Below are positions 1 through 8,918 of a stretch of 64,000 bases of DNA, piece after piece. Under the pieces are notes generated by a model. The model ran no database searches. It saw only the letters and a program-made list of their open reading frames with translations, and was not told where the DNA came from. The stretch's first letter is position 1; the number at the start of each line of letters is the position of its first letter. The stretch spans positions 43,316 to 107,315 of the forward strand of contig NZ_JAVZIN010000006.1 of NCBI RefSeq assembly GCF_038871235.1, in the 5' to 3' direction. The DNA comes from Candidatus Hadarchaeum sp. Its GTDB lineage: Archaea > Hadarchaeota > Hadarchaeia > Hadarchaeales > Hadarchaeaceae. The position numbers and the translations under genes are program-made.

Positions 1-30
1 TTCCCTTCCGCATTTGTCGCAGACGGCCAT
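1..30 (-). CDS. 5' end of a zinc-finger/zinc-ribbon protein running off the window edge (MAVCDKCGRE...)
   Basis: ATG at 30-28 with an SD-like AGGTGG upstream; CxxC motif in the first 10 codons; divergent from the CDF gene. Confidence 0.45.
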   Translation of the reverse strand, partial: MAVCDKCGRE

Positions 31-142
31 TTTTCCACCTATCGCTCAAAGAGCCGAGTGTCCGAGGCAATTTATCCTTTTCTGCTCCGCGACTTGGGAA
101 GAATTTATTTTCTGAAAGAACTTTAATTGCAGGGGTAGGGAG

Positions 143-1024
143 ATGGACGAGGCGGGCCTGATTTCCAAGGGCATAAGGGTCACCAAGATATCCATTCTTA
201 CTTTAGTTACCTTGGGATGTCTCATGATCATAGCCGGGTTTCTCTCCGGCAGCGTGGCCTTGAAGGGCAGCGGTGTGGACACCCTCGGTGATGCGTTAGG
301 TTCCGTGATCGTGTTGATCGGGTTACGAATACTGAGCAGGCCACCCGACGAGAGGTTTCAATATGGATATTATAAGGTTGAGACTTTAGTTTCGATGATC
401 GGAGCCATAATTTTATCCTTGATCGGGGTCTGGATTTTTTACGTTTCCGTCTTGGCCTTCTTCTCCCCGAAGGAGCTGGGATATCCCGCGGTGACGCTGG
501 TTTTATCTGCCGTTTCCTCCGCGTCCTTCTTCCTGCTGGCGATTTACAAGGCAAGGACAGCTAGGGAGATCAACTCGCTGTCGCTGAAAACCGATGCGCT
601 GGCCTCGGTGACCTCCGGGATGGCAGCCTCGATCGTCTTCGTCAGCTTGGCTCTTTCCTACCTAGGCATATATCACGCGGACGCGGTTGCGGGGATGATC
701 ATGGCTGCGTTGACCATGGTCCTGTCCTACACCGCGATCAAGGAATCTTCCCTGACGCTGTTGGACGTCTGTACCTGCACTGATGTTAGGGGTAGCATAA
801 AGGAGATCGCCGCAAAAGTGTCCGGTGTTAAGGACGTTCGCGAGGTTTTGCTGCGGAAGTCAGGACCATTCATTATGGGTGAGATGTATCTCCGGGTGGA
901 TGGAAGGCTTTCAGTCGAGAGGGCGCATGAGATAGTTGAAGAGGTTGAAAAATCGGTGAGGAGACACGTACCAGCCTTGAAAAGGCTGACGATAAGAGTT
1001 GAGCCCGCTAAGAGGAGACGTTGA
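143..1024 (+). CDS. Cation diffusion facilitator (CDF/FieF-type) transporter
   Basis: Six TM segments, 'RPPDERFQYGYYKVE' CDF signature, C-terminal dimerisation domain 'LRKSGP...AHEIVEEVE...IRVEP'. Confidence 0.9.
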   Translation: MDEAGLISKGIRVTKISILTLVTLGCLMIIAGFLSGSVALKGSGVDTLGDALGSVIVLIGLRILSRPPDERFQYGYYKVETLVSMIGAIILSLIGVWIFYVSVLAFFSPKELGYPAVTLVLSAVSSASFFLLAIYKARTAREINSLSLKTDALASVTSGMAASIVFVSLALSYLGIYHADAVAGMIMAALTMVLSYTAIKESSLTLLDVCTCTDVRGSIKEIAAKVSGVKDVREVLLRKSGPFIMGEMYLRVDGRLSVERAHEIVEEVEKSVRRHVPALKRLTIRVEPAKRRR

Positions 1025-1094
1025 CCAAGTTTTCGAGTTAATCGATTTTTTCCAGTTCAACATAGCGCAGCCAGAATCCTCCGCACATATGGTA

Positions 1095-1898
1095 CTAAGT
1101 CTCGCTACTGCTCTTGACCGTGTTGAAAATTTCTTGGGCCTCTTTAGGTGTGGCGTTCTCATGGATGATTGCCCTTATCGCTCTGGCCATGGCAACGGGG
1201 TAATCGTGTTGCCAGATGTTCCTCCCTAGGTTGACACCCACGGCACCCTTCTGCAGCGCGTCGTAAACCCAGCTGAAGACCTCGAACTCGGAATCTACCT
1301 TGGGTCCGCCGGCGATGACGATTGGTACCGGACAGCCCTTCACGACCTTTTCAAAGCCCTCCTCACAGTAGTAGGTTTTGACCACGCGTGCGCCAAGCTC
1401 GGCGGCGATCCTGCAGGCCAGAGCAAGGTATCTGGCGTCGCGCTTGCCCAGCTCGGTGCCCACGGCGGTGACTGCCATCGTCGGTATCCCGTAATCCTCG
1501 CACTCGTTAACGAGATTAGCCAGGTTAAGCAAGGACTGGTGCTCGTGCTCGCTGCCCACGAAGATCGACATGGAGACGGCGCAGGCGTTGAGCCGTATCG
1601 CCTCTCTTACCGAGGTCGTGATGCCTTCTTGATCCAGTTCTTCCTTCCGGGCCATACTGGTGCCACCTGAGACCCTCAAAATGATCGGTTTCTGGATGGC
1701 GGGGTCGACGCAAGACCTCAGTATCCCACGGGTGAGCATGATGGCATCCACATAGGGCAGAAGCGGTGAAATGGTTTTGCCCGGTTCCTCGAGCCGGGTG
1801 GTCGGGCCTTGGAAGTAGCCGTGGTCGATGGGCAGAAACATGGCCCTGCCGTCGCGCTGGATGAGCTGGGAGAGCCTGTTTTTCATTCCCCAATCCAC
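1095..1898 (-). CDS. lsrF: LsrF-like class I aldolase/thiolase (DeoC/LacD/FbaB family)
   Basis: N-terminus MDWGMKNRL...DHGYFQGPT, Schiff-base Lys in 'VVKTYY', 'IAGGPK', 'GRNIWQ'. Confidence 0.85.
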   Translation of the reverse strand: MDWGMKNRLSQLIQRDGRAMFLPIDHGYFQGPTTRLEEPGKTISPLLPYVDAIMLTRGILRSCVDPAIQKPIILRVSGGTSMARKEELDQEGITTSVREAIRLNACAVSMSIFVGSEHEHQSLLNLANLVNECEDYGIPTMAVTAVGTELGKRDARYLALACRIAAELGARVVKTYYCEEGFEKVVKGCPVPIVIAGGPKVDSEFEVFSWVYDALQKGAVGVNLGRNIWQHDYPVAMARAIRAIIHENATPKEAQEIFNTVKSSSET

Positions 1899-2015
1899 AA
1901 AATCACCGCCTTTATTTTCCGCCCGTTATTAAATAACCTTTTCCAAATGTCCCATTATTCGGATGGCGGAATGGGTTTATATAAACGGATTGATTTTATC
2001 TAATGAGGTTTGTGC

Positions 2016-2114
2016 ATGAGCGACAGGATTAAAAGAATTCTTTCCCTGATAATCATCCTGCTCTTCCTGCTCTCGTCGGCGATAGCGGTGATCATCAGCC
2101 TGCTCAGCAAGTAG
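2016..2114 (+). CDS. 32-aa single-pass membrane microprotein MSDRIKRILSLIIILLFLLSSAIAVIISLLSK
   Basis: ATG 2016 to TAG 2114, GAGGT SD-like site, TTTATATAAA TATA box at ~1976-1985, basic N-terminus followed by a ~22-residue hydrophobic stretch. Confidence 0.6.
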   Translation: MSDRIKRILSLIIILLFLLSSAIAVIISLLSK

Positions 2115-2149
2115 AAACTTAATTAAGCCGCAGTTAAATTTCATATGAT

Positions 2150-2246
2150 GCGGCCGTGGTCCAGCCTGGTCTAAGCTTTTTAGCTGCCAAGAGGACTCAG
2201 GCCCTCCAAGCCTGTAGCCCGGGTTCAAATCCCGGCGGCCGCACCA
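2150..2246 (+). tRNA. tRNA-Gly(TCC) with a 19-nt D-loop intron (2173-2191) and encoded CCA
   Basis: Acceptor GCGGCCG/CGGCCGC, D stem GTCC/GGAC, anticodon stem CAGGC/GCCTG with TCC at 2205-2207, T arm CCGGG-TTCAAAT-CCCGG. BHB: TGGT/GCCA helix with CTA and AGA bulges. AT-rich TATA-like box upstream. Confidence 0.92.
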
Positions 2247-2406
2247 ACCCTTTTTCAGAAAAAGCGTTGGCGGAAAGAACTATTGTCGATTTGATTTCCC
2301 TTCAAGCTGGAGGATGGAAAATATAATCCGATTTGTGAATTTGATTAAAAATAAGGGATTAACTAAACGAAGCATAACTTAAAATTTTCTGCCATGCTTG
2401 TAAGGT

Positions 2407-2631
2407 TTATGAAATAATTTCGAAACCTTTCTCCTTTAGCTTGCTAATGACTTCGTTTAGATCTTTTCCCTGCCTTTTACAGCCTTGAGGTATCGTGGTT
2501 GCGCGACCAAGCGTTTTTCTAACGATTGGGTTTTTCACACCCAGAAATCCCAATTCATTTAAGATATCTATGAGTTCGGGGTATTCCTCTGTAAGCTCGT
2601 AAACGCTCTTGTTCAAATCAATTTTTTTCAT
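2407..2631 (-). CDS. DUF1858 domain protein
   Basis: 'SVYELTEEYPELIDILNELGF...TLGRATTIPQGC' pattern; typical partner of DUF438, overlaps it. Confidence 0.8.
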   Translation of the reverse strand: MKKIDLNKSVYELTEEYPELIDILNELGFLGVKNPIVRKTLGRATTIPQGCKRQGKDLNEVISKLKEKGFEIIS

Positions 2632-3841
2632 CCATTAACCTTCTTTCCCCTTCTAATTTTTTGATTTCGGTTATATCCTGAACAACTTCCATTGTGCCCA
2701 AATAATTCCGGCTTTCATCCCTAACCGCAAAATATCTTATGTGGACAAATCTGCCTTTATAATTTATCCAGAATTCTGCGACGTTACGGCTTCCCTCCTT
2801 AAATGAGTTTAGGATGGCCTCAACTTTGTCTACACTTTGCGGCGGGTGGCACTGTTGCACTTTTCTCCCTAACACTGATTTCGTTCTGATGAAAATTTTA
2901 GACCCAGTGTTATTGAAGTATCTAACTTTATCATCCTTGTCTACAAAAGTCACGTCCACAGGCAAGGTATTCAACAGGCACATCAATTCTTTTAAAGTTA
3001 AATCACCGGTAGGAAAAGAAATAGTCCCCTTGTCCTTAACGAAGGGCTCCTCAACCAAGGCACTTTTCAATTCCTCTATTAAGGCAGAGGTCTCTTTGGG
3101 CTTTTCGATGTAAACATATCCCACCCCTTCGCTTTCCTTCAGTATCTCCACCCACTCCTCAGGCCTGAGCATTTCCACCGAAGAGGGGAAGAGTATGTTT
3201 TCCTCCTTAAAGATCATTCCCTCAACTTCACTGATCAAAGGGTTTAGAAATTTATCCACGTAATCCTCGCGCAGGCGCTCTTCCGTCGTTTCTATGCTAA
3301 CGATCGCGTTTTTGAGCATATCTCTGATCTCGTTGTCCTTGCCCCACATCACCTTTGAGGGCCCGTAGAACCCATGGCGTTCAAGGTAAGGGAAAAGAAC
3401 CTGTTCTTTTCTCTGGTAGTGCACATCCAAACCTTTAAGATCAGAAAGTTTTTCCCTGATTTTTTCCTTCCAATCCGAAAAGTTGTATTTTTGTCTATTT
3501 TTTATATACTCCTTTATCTCGGCGATGATCTTCTCCACCTCCCTGTTTTCCAATTTAAAGAGGTAAACCGGATGCGCTGGAGATTCCTCTTTAATCACCG
3601 CTTTCTTCAATGCCGACTCAAACAGCAAGGCATGGACGTTGCAGAATTTCTTTATTTCCTCCGGGGTTAATCCGTCATTTATCAGCGATTGCTCGATCTC
3701 TGCAATTTCCATAGAAGTTATACTTCCTATTTCTTTCTCAAACTTTTCCTTCGCTTCCTCCACAGATAGACCTCTGTGAAGATCTAGAATTATTTTTTTG
3801 ATTATTTCCTTTTTCGCACTTTTTGACAAATTTTCGGTCAT
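2618..3841 (-). CDS. DUF438 / hemerythrin-like / PAS domain protein
   Basis: 'FCNVHA', 'HPV..FKLEN', 'HYQRKEQVLFPYLE', C-terminal PAS 'LPVDVTFVD...VQQCHPPQS...EVVQDIT'. Confidence 0.88.
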   Translation of the reverse strand: MTENLSKSAKKEIIKKIILDLHRGLSVEEAKEKFEKEIGSITSMEIAEIEQSLINDGLTPEEIKKFCNVHALLFESALKKAVIKEESPAHPVYLFKLENREVEKIIAEIKEYIKNRQKYNFSDWKEKIREKLSDLKGLDVHYQRKEQVLFPYLERHGFYGPSKVMWGKDNEIRDMLKNAIVSIETTEERLREDYVDKFLNPLISEVEGMIFKEENILFPSSVEMLRPEEWVEILKESEGVGYVYIEKPKETSALIEELKSALVEEPFVKDKGTISFPTGDLTLKELMCLLNTLPVDVTFVDKDDKVRYFNNTGSKIFIRTKSVLGRKVQQCHPPQSVDKVEAILNSFKEGSRNVAEFWINYKGRFVHIRYFAVRDESRNYLGTMEVVQDITEIKKLEGERRLMDEKN

Positions 3842-4234
3842 GTTTTTACCTAATTTATCTTTTTGCAGAGCTTATTAAGACCACTCTCACCTTTTTGTCG
3901 GATCTCTTAGATTGCGCACACGTGTGCATTATTGGGTGAGCCAAATCGTCGTGCTCGTACCATTTCAGCTCTGGGTTTTTGAAGTGTCAACAATTTTCTG
4001 ATCGTGCAAGAACTCTTTTTGTCGAGGTAAACCAAACTACCAACTGGCACCAATTCTCCGAAGCTCCGCACGGATGTTTTTGAGCTACGTGTAGCTGGCA
4101 TGCAAGAATAACTTCAATACCTCGCACAAGCCAAAAATATTCGGAAGTGGCAAAAGCATGCCCTAATGGCCGTTGGTCTGGAAAATGATAAAGGGGATAT
4201 TTTTTAACTCTGGTAGCCAAGTTAACTTGATTTT

Positions 4235-5797
4235 ATGAAAAGCTACGTCCCGGATACCAGCGCTCTCATGGACGCCCATCTCACCCGCTTGGTGAAGAGT
4301 GGCGAGCTTCAGGGTTGTCGAATCTTGGTGCCGAAAGTGGTAGTCGCACAGCTCGAACATGAGGCTAAGTTGGGGAAGGATTCTGGATTCAGTGGGCTCG
4401 CGGAACTAAGAAGGCTCAAGCAGTTTTCTGAGGAGGGCAAGATTGAACTGGAGCTGGTCGGTGACCGGCCAACAGCTGAGGTAATCGCCGCAACCGTTGG
4501 TGCCGGCGTTCGGGAGGTGGCCCGCGCTCAAGGAGCCGTGTTGATAACCAGCGACGAGGTTATGGCAGAGGTTGGACAGATTGAGGGCCTCGAAGTCTGG
4601 CTTATGCGCCCTGTGCTTGCTGAAAGGATGCCAAGGTTGCTAGGATATTTTCGGCCAGGCGTGATGTCAGTTCACCTCAAGGAAAAGGTGCGTCCAATGG
4701 CCAAGGTAGGTCGTCCGGATAATCTGAGGCTGGAGGTGCTGGATGAGAAACCACTGACTGAAACCCAACTCCGGGAGATGATCCATGAGATCATCGAGCG
4801 AGCCCGACAGGATCCAGAGGGCAGGGTTGAGATCGAGCGCTCTGGTGCCACGGTGGTGCAGTTCCACGAGTATCGCATAGCCATTGCCAGACCTCCGTTC
4901 AGTGATGGTCTGGAGATCACCGCCGTCAGGCCCATCGTCAAGGTAACTCTGGATGACTATCACCTTTCCGAGAAACTTAAGGAGCGATTGCGGAAGCGAG
5001 CTGAGGGGGTGTTGATCGCTGGACCGCCAGGGGCCGGTAAGACCACCTTTGCTCAGGCGCTCGCCGAGTTCTACCGCTCACAGGGAAAGATAGTCAAGAC
5101 GATGGAATCGCCGCGGGATCTGCAGGTTAGCGACGAGATTACTCAGTACACAGCGCTGGAGGATGATATGGCGAAGACCGCGGACATCCTACTTATGGTG
5201 AGACCAGATTACACCATCTACGATGAGTTGCGCAAGACCTCTGATTTCCAGATATTCGCCGACATGCGGCTAGCTGGGGTTGGGATGGTGGGTGTGGTAC
5301 ATTCAACCAGAGCCATCGACGCGGTGCAAAGGTTGATCGGCCGGGTTGAGCTGGGAATGATCCCTATGATTGCCGACACGGTAATTTTCATAAAGGAGGG
5401 TCAGATAAAGGAGGTCTATTCCCTGAGCACGAGGGTTGGTGTCCCCCACGGCATGGTTGAGGCTGACCTTGCCCGCCCCATGGTTGAGGTCACCGACTTT
5501 GAAACCGGCGAGCCGGTTTACCAGATCTACTCCTTCGGCGAGGAAGTGGTGGTGATGCCCGTGAGGGGTGAACTATCTCGAAATGAAAAAAGGAAAGCTG
5601 AGATGATAAGGTCCGAGATCAGGCGCTTGGTCGGCGGCGATGTGGAGGTGAAGATGATTTCGGCGGACAGTGCGTTGGTGGTTGCCGACGAGGATGACAT
5701 CTCCAGGATTATCGGACGTGGCGGTCGTACCGTTGAGAGGCTGGAGCGCAAGCTCGGCGTTCGCATCGAGGTCCGGAGCCGGGAGTCGGAGGAATGA
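4235..5797 (+). CDS. PIN-domain ATPase with C-terminal KH domain (PINA family)
   Basis: N-terminal PIN 'VPDTSAL', Walker A GPPGAGKTT, 'IYDELR', KH motif 'IIGRGGRTVERLE'. Confidence 0.92.
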   Translation: MKSYVPDTSALMDAHLTRLVKSGELQGCRILVPKVVVAQLEHEAKLGKDSGFSGLAELRRLKQFSEEGKIELELVGDRPTAEVIAATVGAGVREVARAQGAVLITSDEVMAEVGQIEGLEVWLMRPVLAERMPRLLGYFRPGVMSVHLKEKVRPMAKVGRPDNLRLEVLDEKPLTETQLREMIHEIIERARQDPEGRVEIERSGATVVQFHEYRIAIARPPFSDGLEITAVRPIVKVTLDDYHLSEKLKERLRKRAEGVLIAGPPGAGKTTFAQALAEFYRSQGKIVKTMESPRDLQVSDEITQYTALEDDMAKTADILLMVRPDYTIYDELRKTSDFQIFADMRLAGVGMVGVVHSTRAIDAVQRLIGRVELGMIPMIADTVIFIKEGQIKEVYSLSTRVGVPHGMVEADLARPMVEVTDFETGEPVYQIYSFGEEVVVMPVRGELSRNEKRKAEMIRSEIRRLVGGDVEVKMISADSALVVADEDDISRIIGRGGRTVERLERKLGVRIEVRSRESEE

Positions 5798-5890
5798 GAG
5801 CTGTAAAATTTACTCGGTTAAGCTGATTCTAGGGTTCAAATCCTCAATTTAACGCAAATCTTTTTAACAACGGTTGTTCAGTTAGAGACA

Positions 5891-7279
5891 ATGGCGAGCC
5901 TTCTCATCAAAGATGCCAAATATGTGGTGACGGTTGATTCCAAGCGCCGGGTTATTCGCGATGGAGCAGTAGTCATTGATGGAATGAAAATAGTCGATGT
6001 TGGCAAGTCCTCGGAGCTCAAGCGCAAATACCCGCGAGCCGAGACAATTGATGCCAGAAACAAGATCATTATGCCAGGACTGTTTGACTGTCATGCCCAT
6101 TCCTATCAGAACATGATTCGCGGCATGGCCTTTGTGCTGCCGAGGCGACAGCGTGGAGCTTTTCTTCTGGGACCAACGCTGCGTTTGCAGGGCGTTTACA
6201 CTCCGGAGGATGCCAAAGCCTCGATGGCACTGAACTGTCTGGAGTACATCAAGTCCGGGGTCATCGGTTTCTGTGATTGGGGAATAAACCTGAGGTACAA
6301 GATCGACGGTCTCGCCGAGGTAGTTCGTGATTCCGGGATAAGAGGTGTGCTGGGTAAATCAGTCATGGAATTTCCCGATTATGGTTCATGCAAAAACGTG
6401 ATTGATAAGGGATTGATCGAGGATAAGGATGAGTGCATTAGGGACACGATAAGGGCGATAAAAAAGTGGCATGGTAAAGCCGATGGAAGAATTCAGATCT
6501 GGTTTGGACCTAGAAGCGTCGGTGCCCTATCAGTGGAAACATACAAGGAGATTGCCCTTTTGGTCAAAAAGTACAAGGTCGGCATCACCTACCATCTCGC
6601 TGAACTGGGTGAGCTCGACACGGGTTTTATCTGGAACACCTATGGCATGTCGCCGGTGGAATTTATGAAATCGGTTGGCTGGGTCGGTCCAAACGTGAGC
6701 TTCAACCACTGCCTTTACCTAACCGGGATTGACTACAAGATCCTGATGGAAACGGGTACCAACGTCGTTCATTGTCCGGGAACCGGATTTGACACCCGGG
6801 TGCAGGACATGCTCCAGATGGGTATCAATGTGGCCCTCGGCTGCGATGGCGGACATGAGACCAACGACATCTTTTTGGCCATGAAGCTGGAAAAGGTGCT
6901 TCAGAACAGAACCCCGCGTCGGGATCTGACCATCCTATATCCGGAGAAGCTGATTGAGATGGCCACGATCAACGGTGCCAGAGCTCTGATGTGGGATAAG
7001 GAAACGGGATCTATCGAGAAGGGCAAAAAGGCCGACTTGATCTTGGTGGATCTCAACAGGCCGTCGCTGACGCCGATACTGAATCCCGTTAATGACATCC
7101 CCTCCCGCGTCCTCGGTAGCGACGTTGATACCGTCATCGTCAACGGTGAGATTCTGATGGAGAACCGAATCGTGAAGAGCATGGATGAGGCCAAGGTTAT
7201 CGAAGAGGCAAAGAAACGGGCTGAGGAAGTTAGAGAAAGAGCAGGATATGAAATCGAGTGGCACTGGCCCGAGATTTGA
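5891..7279 (+). CDS. Amidohydrolase, MtaD/AtzA/TrzA-like metal-dependent deaminase family
   Basis: HxH (DCHAH), HxxE (YHLAE), 'LGCDG', 'GSIEKGKKADLILVD'. Confidence 0.85.
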   Translation: MASLLIKDAKYVVTVDSKRRVIRDGAVVIDGMKIVDVGKSSELKRKYPRAETIDARNKIIMPGLFDCHAHSYQNMIRGMAFVLPRRQRGAFLLGPTLRLQGVYTPEDAKASMALNCLEYIKSGVIGFCDWGINLRYKIDGLAEVVRDSGIRGVLGKSVMEFPDYGSCKNVIDKGLIEDKDECIRDTIRAIKKWHGKADGRIQIWFGPRSVGALSVETYKEIALLVKKYKVGITYHLAELGELDTGFIWNTYGMSPVEFMKSVGWVGPNVSFNHCLYLTGIDYKILMETGTNVVHCPGTGFDTRVQDMLQMGINVALGCDGGHETNDIFLAMKLEKVLQNRTPRRDLTILYPEKLIEMATINGARALMWDKETGSIEKGKKADLILVDLNRPSLTPILNPVNDIPSRVLGSDVDTVIVNGEILMENRIVKSMDEAKVIEEAKKRAEEVRERAGYEIEWHWPEI

Positions 7280-7376
7280 GTAAGAGCGATTGATATTTTT
7301 GGCAGACCAGCAGATTGGCTAAGTTGGTTGGTCCATAAATTATGGAATGTTTTAAAAGAGTTGGGCTCAAAGGGGT

Positions 7377-8552
7377 ATGGAGCTGAAAAGTATGAGGGAC
7401 GTAGCCATTATTGGAGCCGGCATGACTAAATTCGGCCGATCTCCCGGCGATCTGATGGAGATTATGGCCGAGGCCTCGTTGCGTGCAATAAAACATGCCA
7501 ACGTGGAAAAAGAGGAATTTGACGCCCTGTATGTTTCGAACATGATGGCAGGAGAAACCTCACACCAGACGGCAGTAGCTAGCTCCTTGGCAGACAGGAT
7601 TGCCTTAGTACCAGCCGCAGCCGACAGAGTCGAGAATGGGCCTGCGTCGGGAGGTTCCGCGATTAAAAACGCCTTTCTGGCAGTTGCTTCAGGTTACCAC
7701 GATTTAGTTCTGGTCACCGGGGGAGAAAAGATGACCACGGCCGACACCGATGTCGTAACCGATCTGGTGGCGACAATGACACACCCCACGGCTGAATACA
7801 TCCATGGGGTTACCCTTCCCGCGATGGGAGGAATGCTTACTCGGCTTTACATGGAAAGATACGGTTTAACAGAGAAGCACTTGGCGATGGTTGCCGTGAA
7901 AAATCACGCCAACGCTCTCAAGAATCCTTATGCCCACATCCAGCGGGCCTGCACTATTGAGGGGGCCATGAGCTCAGGAGTTATAGCCGATCCGCTGCGT
8001 CTTTACTATGTTTGCCCAATCAGCGACGGGGCAGCGTCATTGGTGCTATGTCCGCTGGAGAAGGCCAAGAAATATACCGACAAGCCGGTGAGGATTGCGG
8101 GATTTGGTCAGGCAACCGATGTTCAAGCCCTGCAGGAAAGAGACGATCCAACGGTGCTGAAATCCGTTAGGATAGCTGCCCAGAGAGCTTTCAAGATGGC
8201 CGGGGTTACACCTGATGACATCGACGTTGTTGAGTTGCACGATGCCTTTGAGATACTGGAGATAGCCGAGAGCGAGGACATCGGCTTTTTTGAGAAGGGC
8301 AAAGGTCATTTGGCCGTAGAGAAAGGCACCACCGCCCTGGATGGTGATTTGCCCATCAATCCTTCAGGAGGACTAAAGGCGCGGGGGCATGCGGTTGGTG
8401 CTACCGGGGTTGCCCAAGTGGTTGAGCTGGTCTGGCAGCTGCGCGGAGAGGCCGGTGAGCGGCAGGTCAAGGAGCCGAAGAGGGCCCTGTCTTGCAACTT
8501 CGGTGGCTTCGGAAACAACACCGTGATACACATCTTTGAGAGGGGGTGGTGA
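7377..8552 (+). CDS. SCP2-type thiolase-fold protein lacking the canonical nucleophilic Cys
   Basis: 'IIGAGMTKFG', 'KNHANALKNPYAH', 'SDGAA', 'ELHDAF', 'NPSGGLKARGHAVGATG'; VENGPASG where VExACASG is expected. Confidence 0.88.
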   Translation: MELKSMRDVAIIGAGMTKFGRSPGDLMEIMAEASLRAIKHANVEKEEFDALYVSNMMAGETSHQTAVASSLADRIALVPAAADRVENGPASGGSAIKNAFLAVASGYHDLVLVTGGEKMTTADTDVVTDLVATMTHPTAEYIHGVTLPAMGGMLTRLYMERYGLTEKHLAMVAVKNHANALKNPYAHIQRACTIEGAMSSGVIADPLRLYYVCPISDGAASLVLCPLEKAKKYTDKPVRIAGFGQATDVQALQERDDPTVLKSVRIAAQRAFKMAGVTPDDIDVVELHDAFEILEIAESEDIGFFEKGKGHLAVEKGTTALDGDLPINPSGGLKARGHAVGATGVAQVVELVWQLRGEAGERQVKEPKRALSCNFGGFGNNTVIHIFERGW

Positions 8553-8896
8553 TGGTGGAGCAAAAGTTTGTAGCTTACAAGTGCCGGTCGTGTGGCCGAG
8601 TGATGAACCCCAAGCATGATCGATGTCTCACCTGCAAAGGTATGGAGTTTGACGAGATTGAGCTGCCCAAGGTTGGGAAGCTCGTCACTTACACCAAGCT
8701 TTATGCATTGCCGCAGGGAATTGAGGCGCTGCCGCCTTTGACACTCGGCATAGTTGATTTCGATGGTGTCAGGGTGCTCGGACAGCTTACCACCGACGAG
8801 CCAGCTATAGGGATGTCGCTGAGGCCCGTCTGGGGAAAGATCAGGAAACTAAATGACAAAGATATTTATGGGTTTAAGTTTGAACCTGTAAGCTGA
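8546..8896 (+). CDS. DUF35 Zn-ribbon/OB-fold protein (thiolase partner)
   Basis: CxxC...CxxC followed by OB fold 'GKLVTYT...GIVDF..VRVLGQ'; overlaps the thiolase stop. Confidence 0.88.
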   Translation: MVMVEQKFVAYKCRSCGRVMNPKHDRCLTCKGMEFDEIELPKVGKLVTYTKLYALPQGIEALPPLTLGIVDFDGVRVLGQLTTDEPAIGMSLRPVWGKIRKLNDKDIYGFKFEPVS

Positions 8897-8918
8897 GAAT
8901 AAAAAAGGAGGTAAGATA

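Noticed and set aside
2203-2209. Reading the first tRNA as Trp (CT-CCA-A)
   Set aside because: That register breaks the CAGGC/GCCTG stem; the acceptor stem and short variable loop fit Gly.
5832-5843. GGGTTCAAATCC, identical to the tRNA T-arm, at the left edge of the catabolic island (possible att site)
   Set aside because: The match does not extend into an acceptor stem, no integrase is present, and the same 12-mer also occurs by chance inside hypD (~56057-56068).
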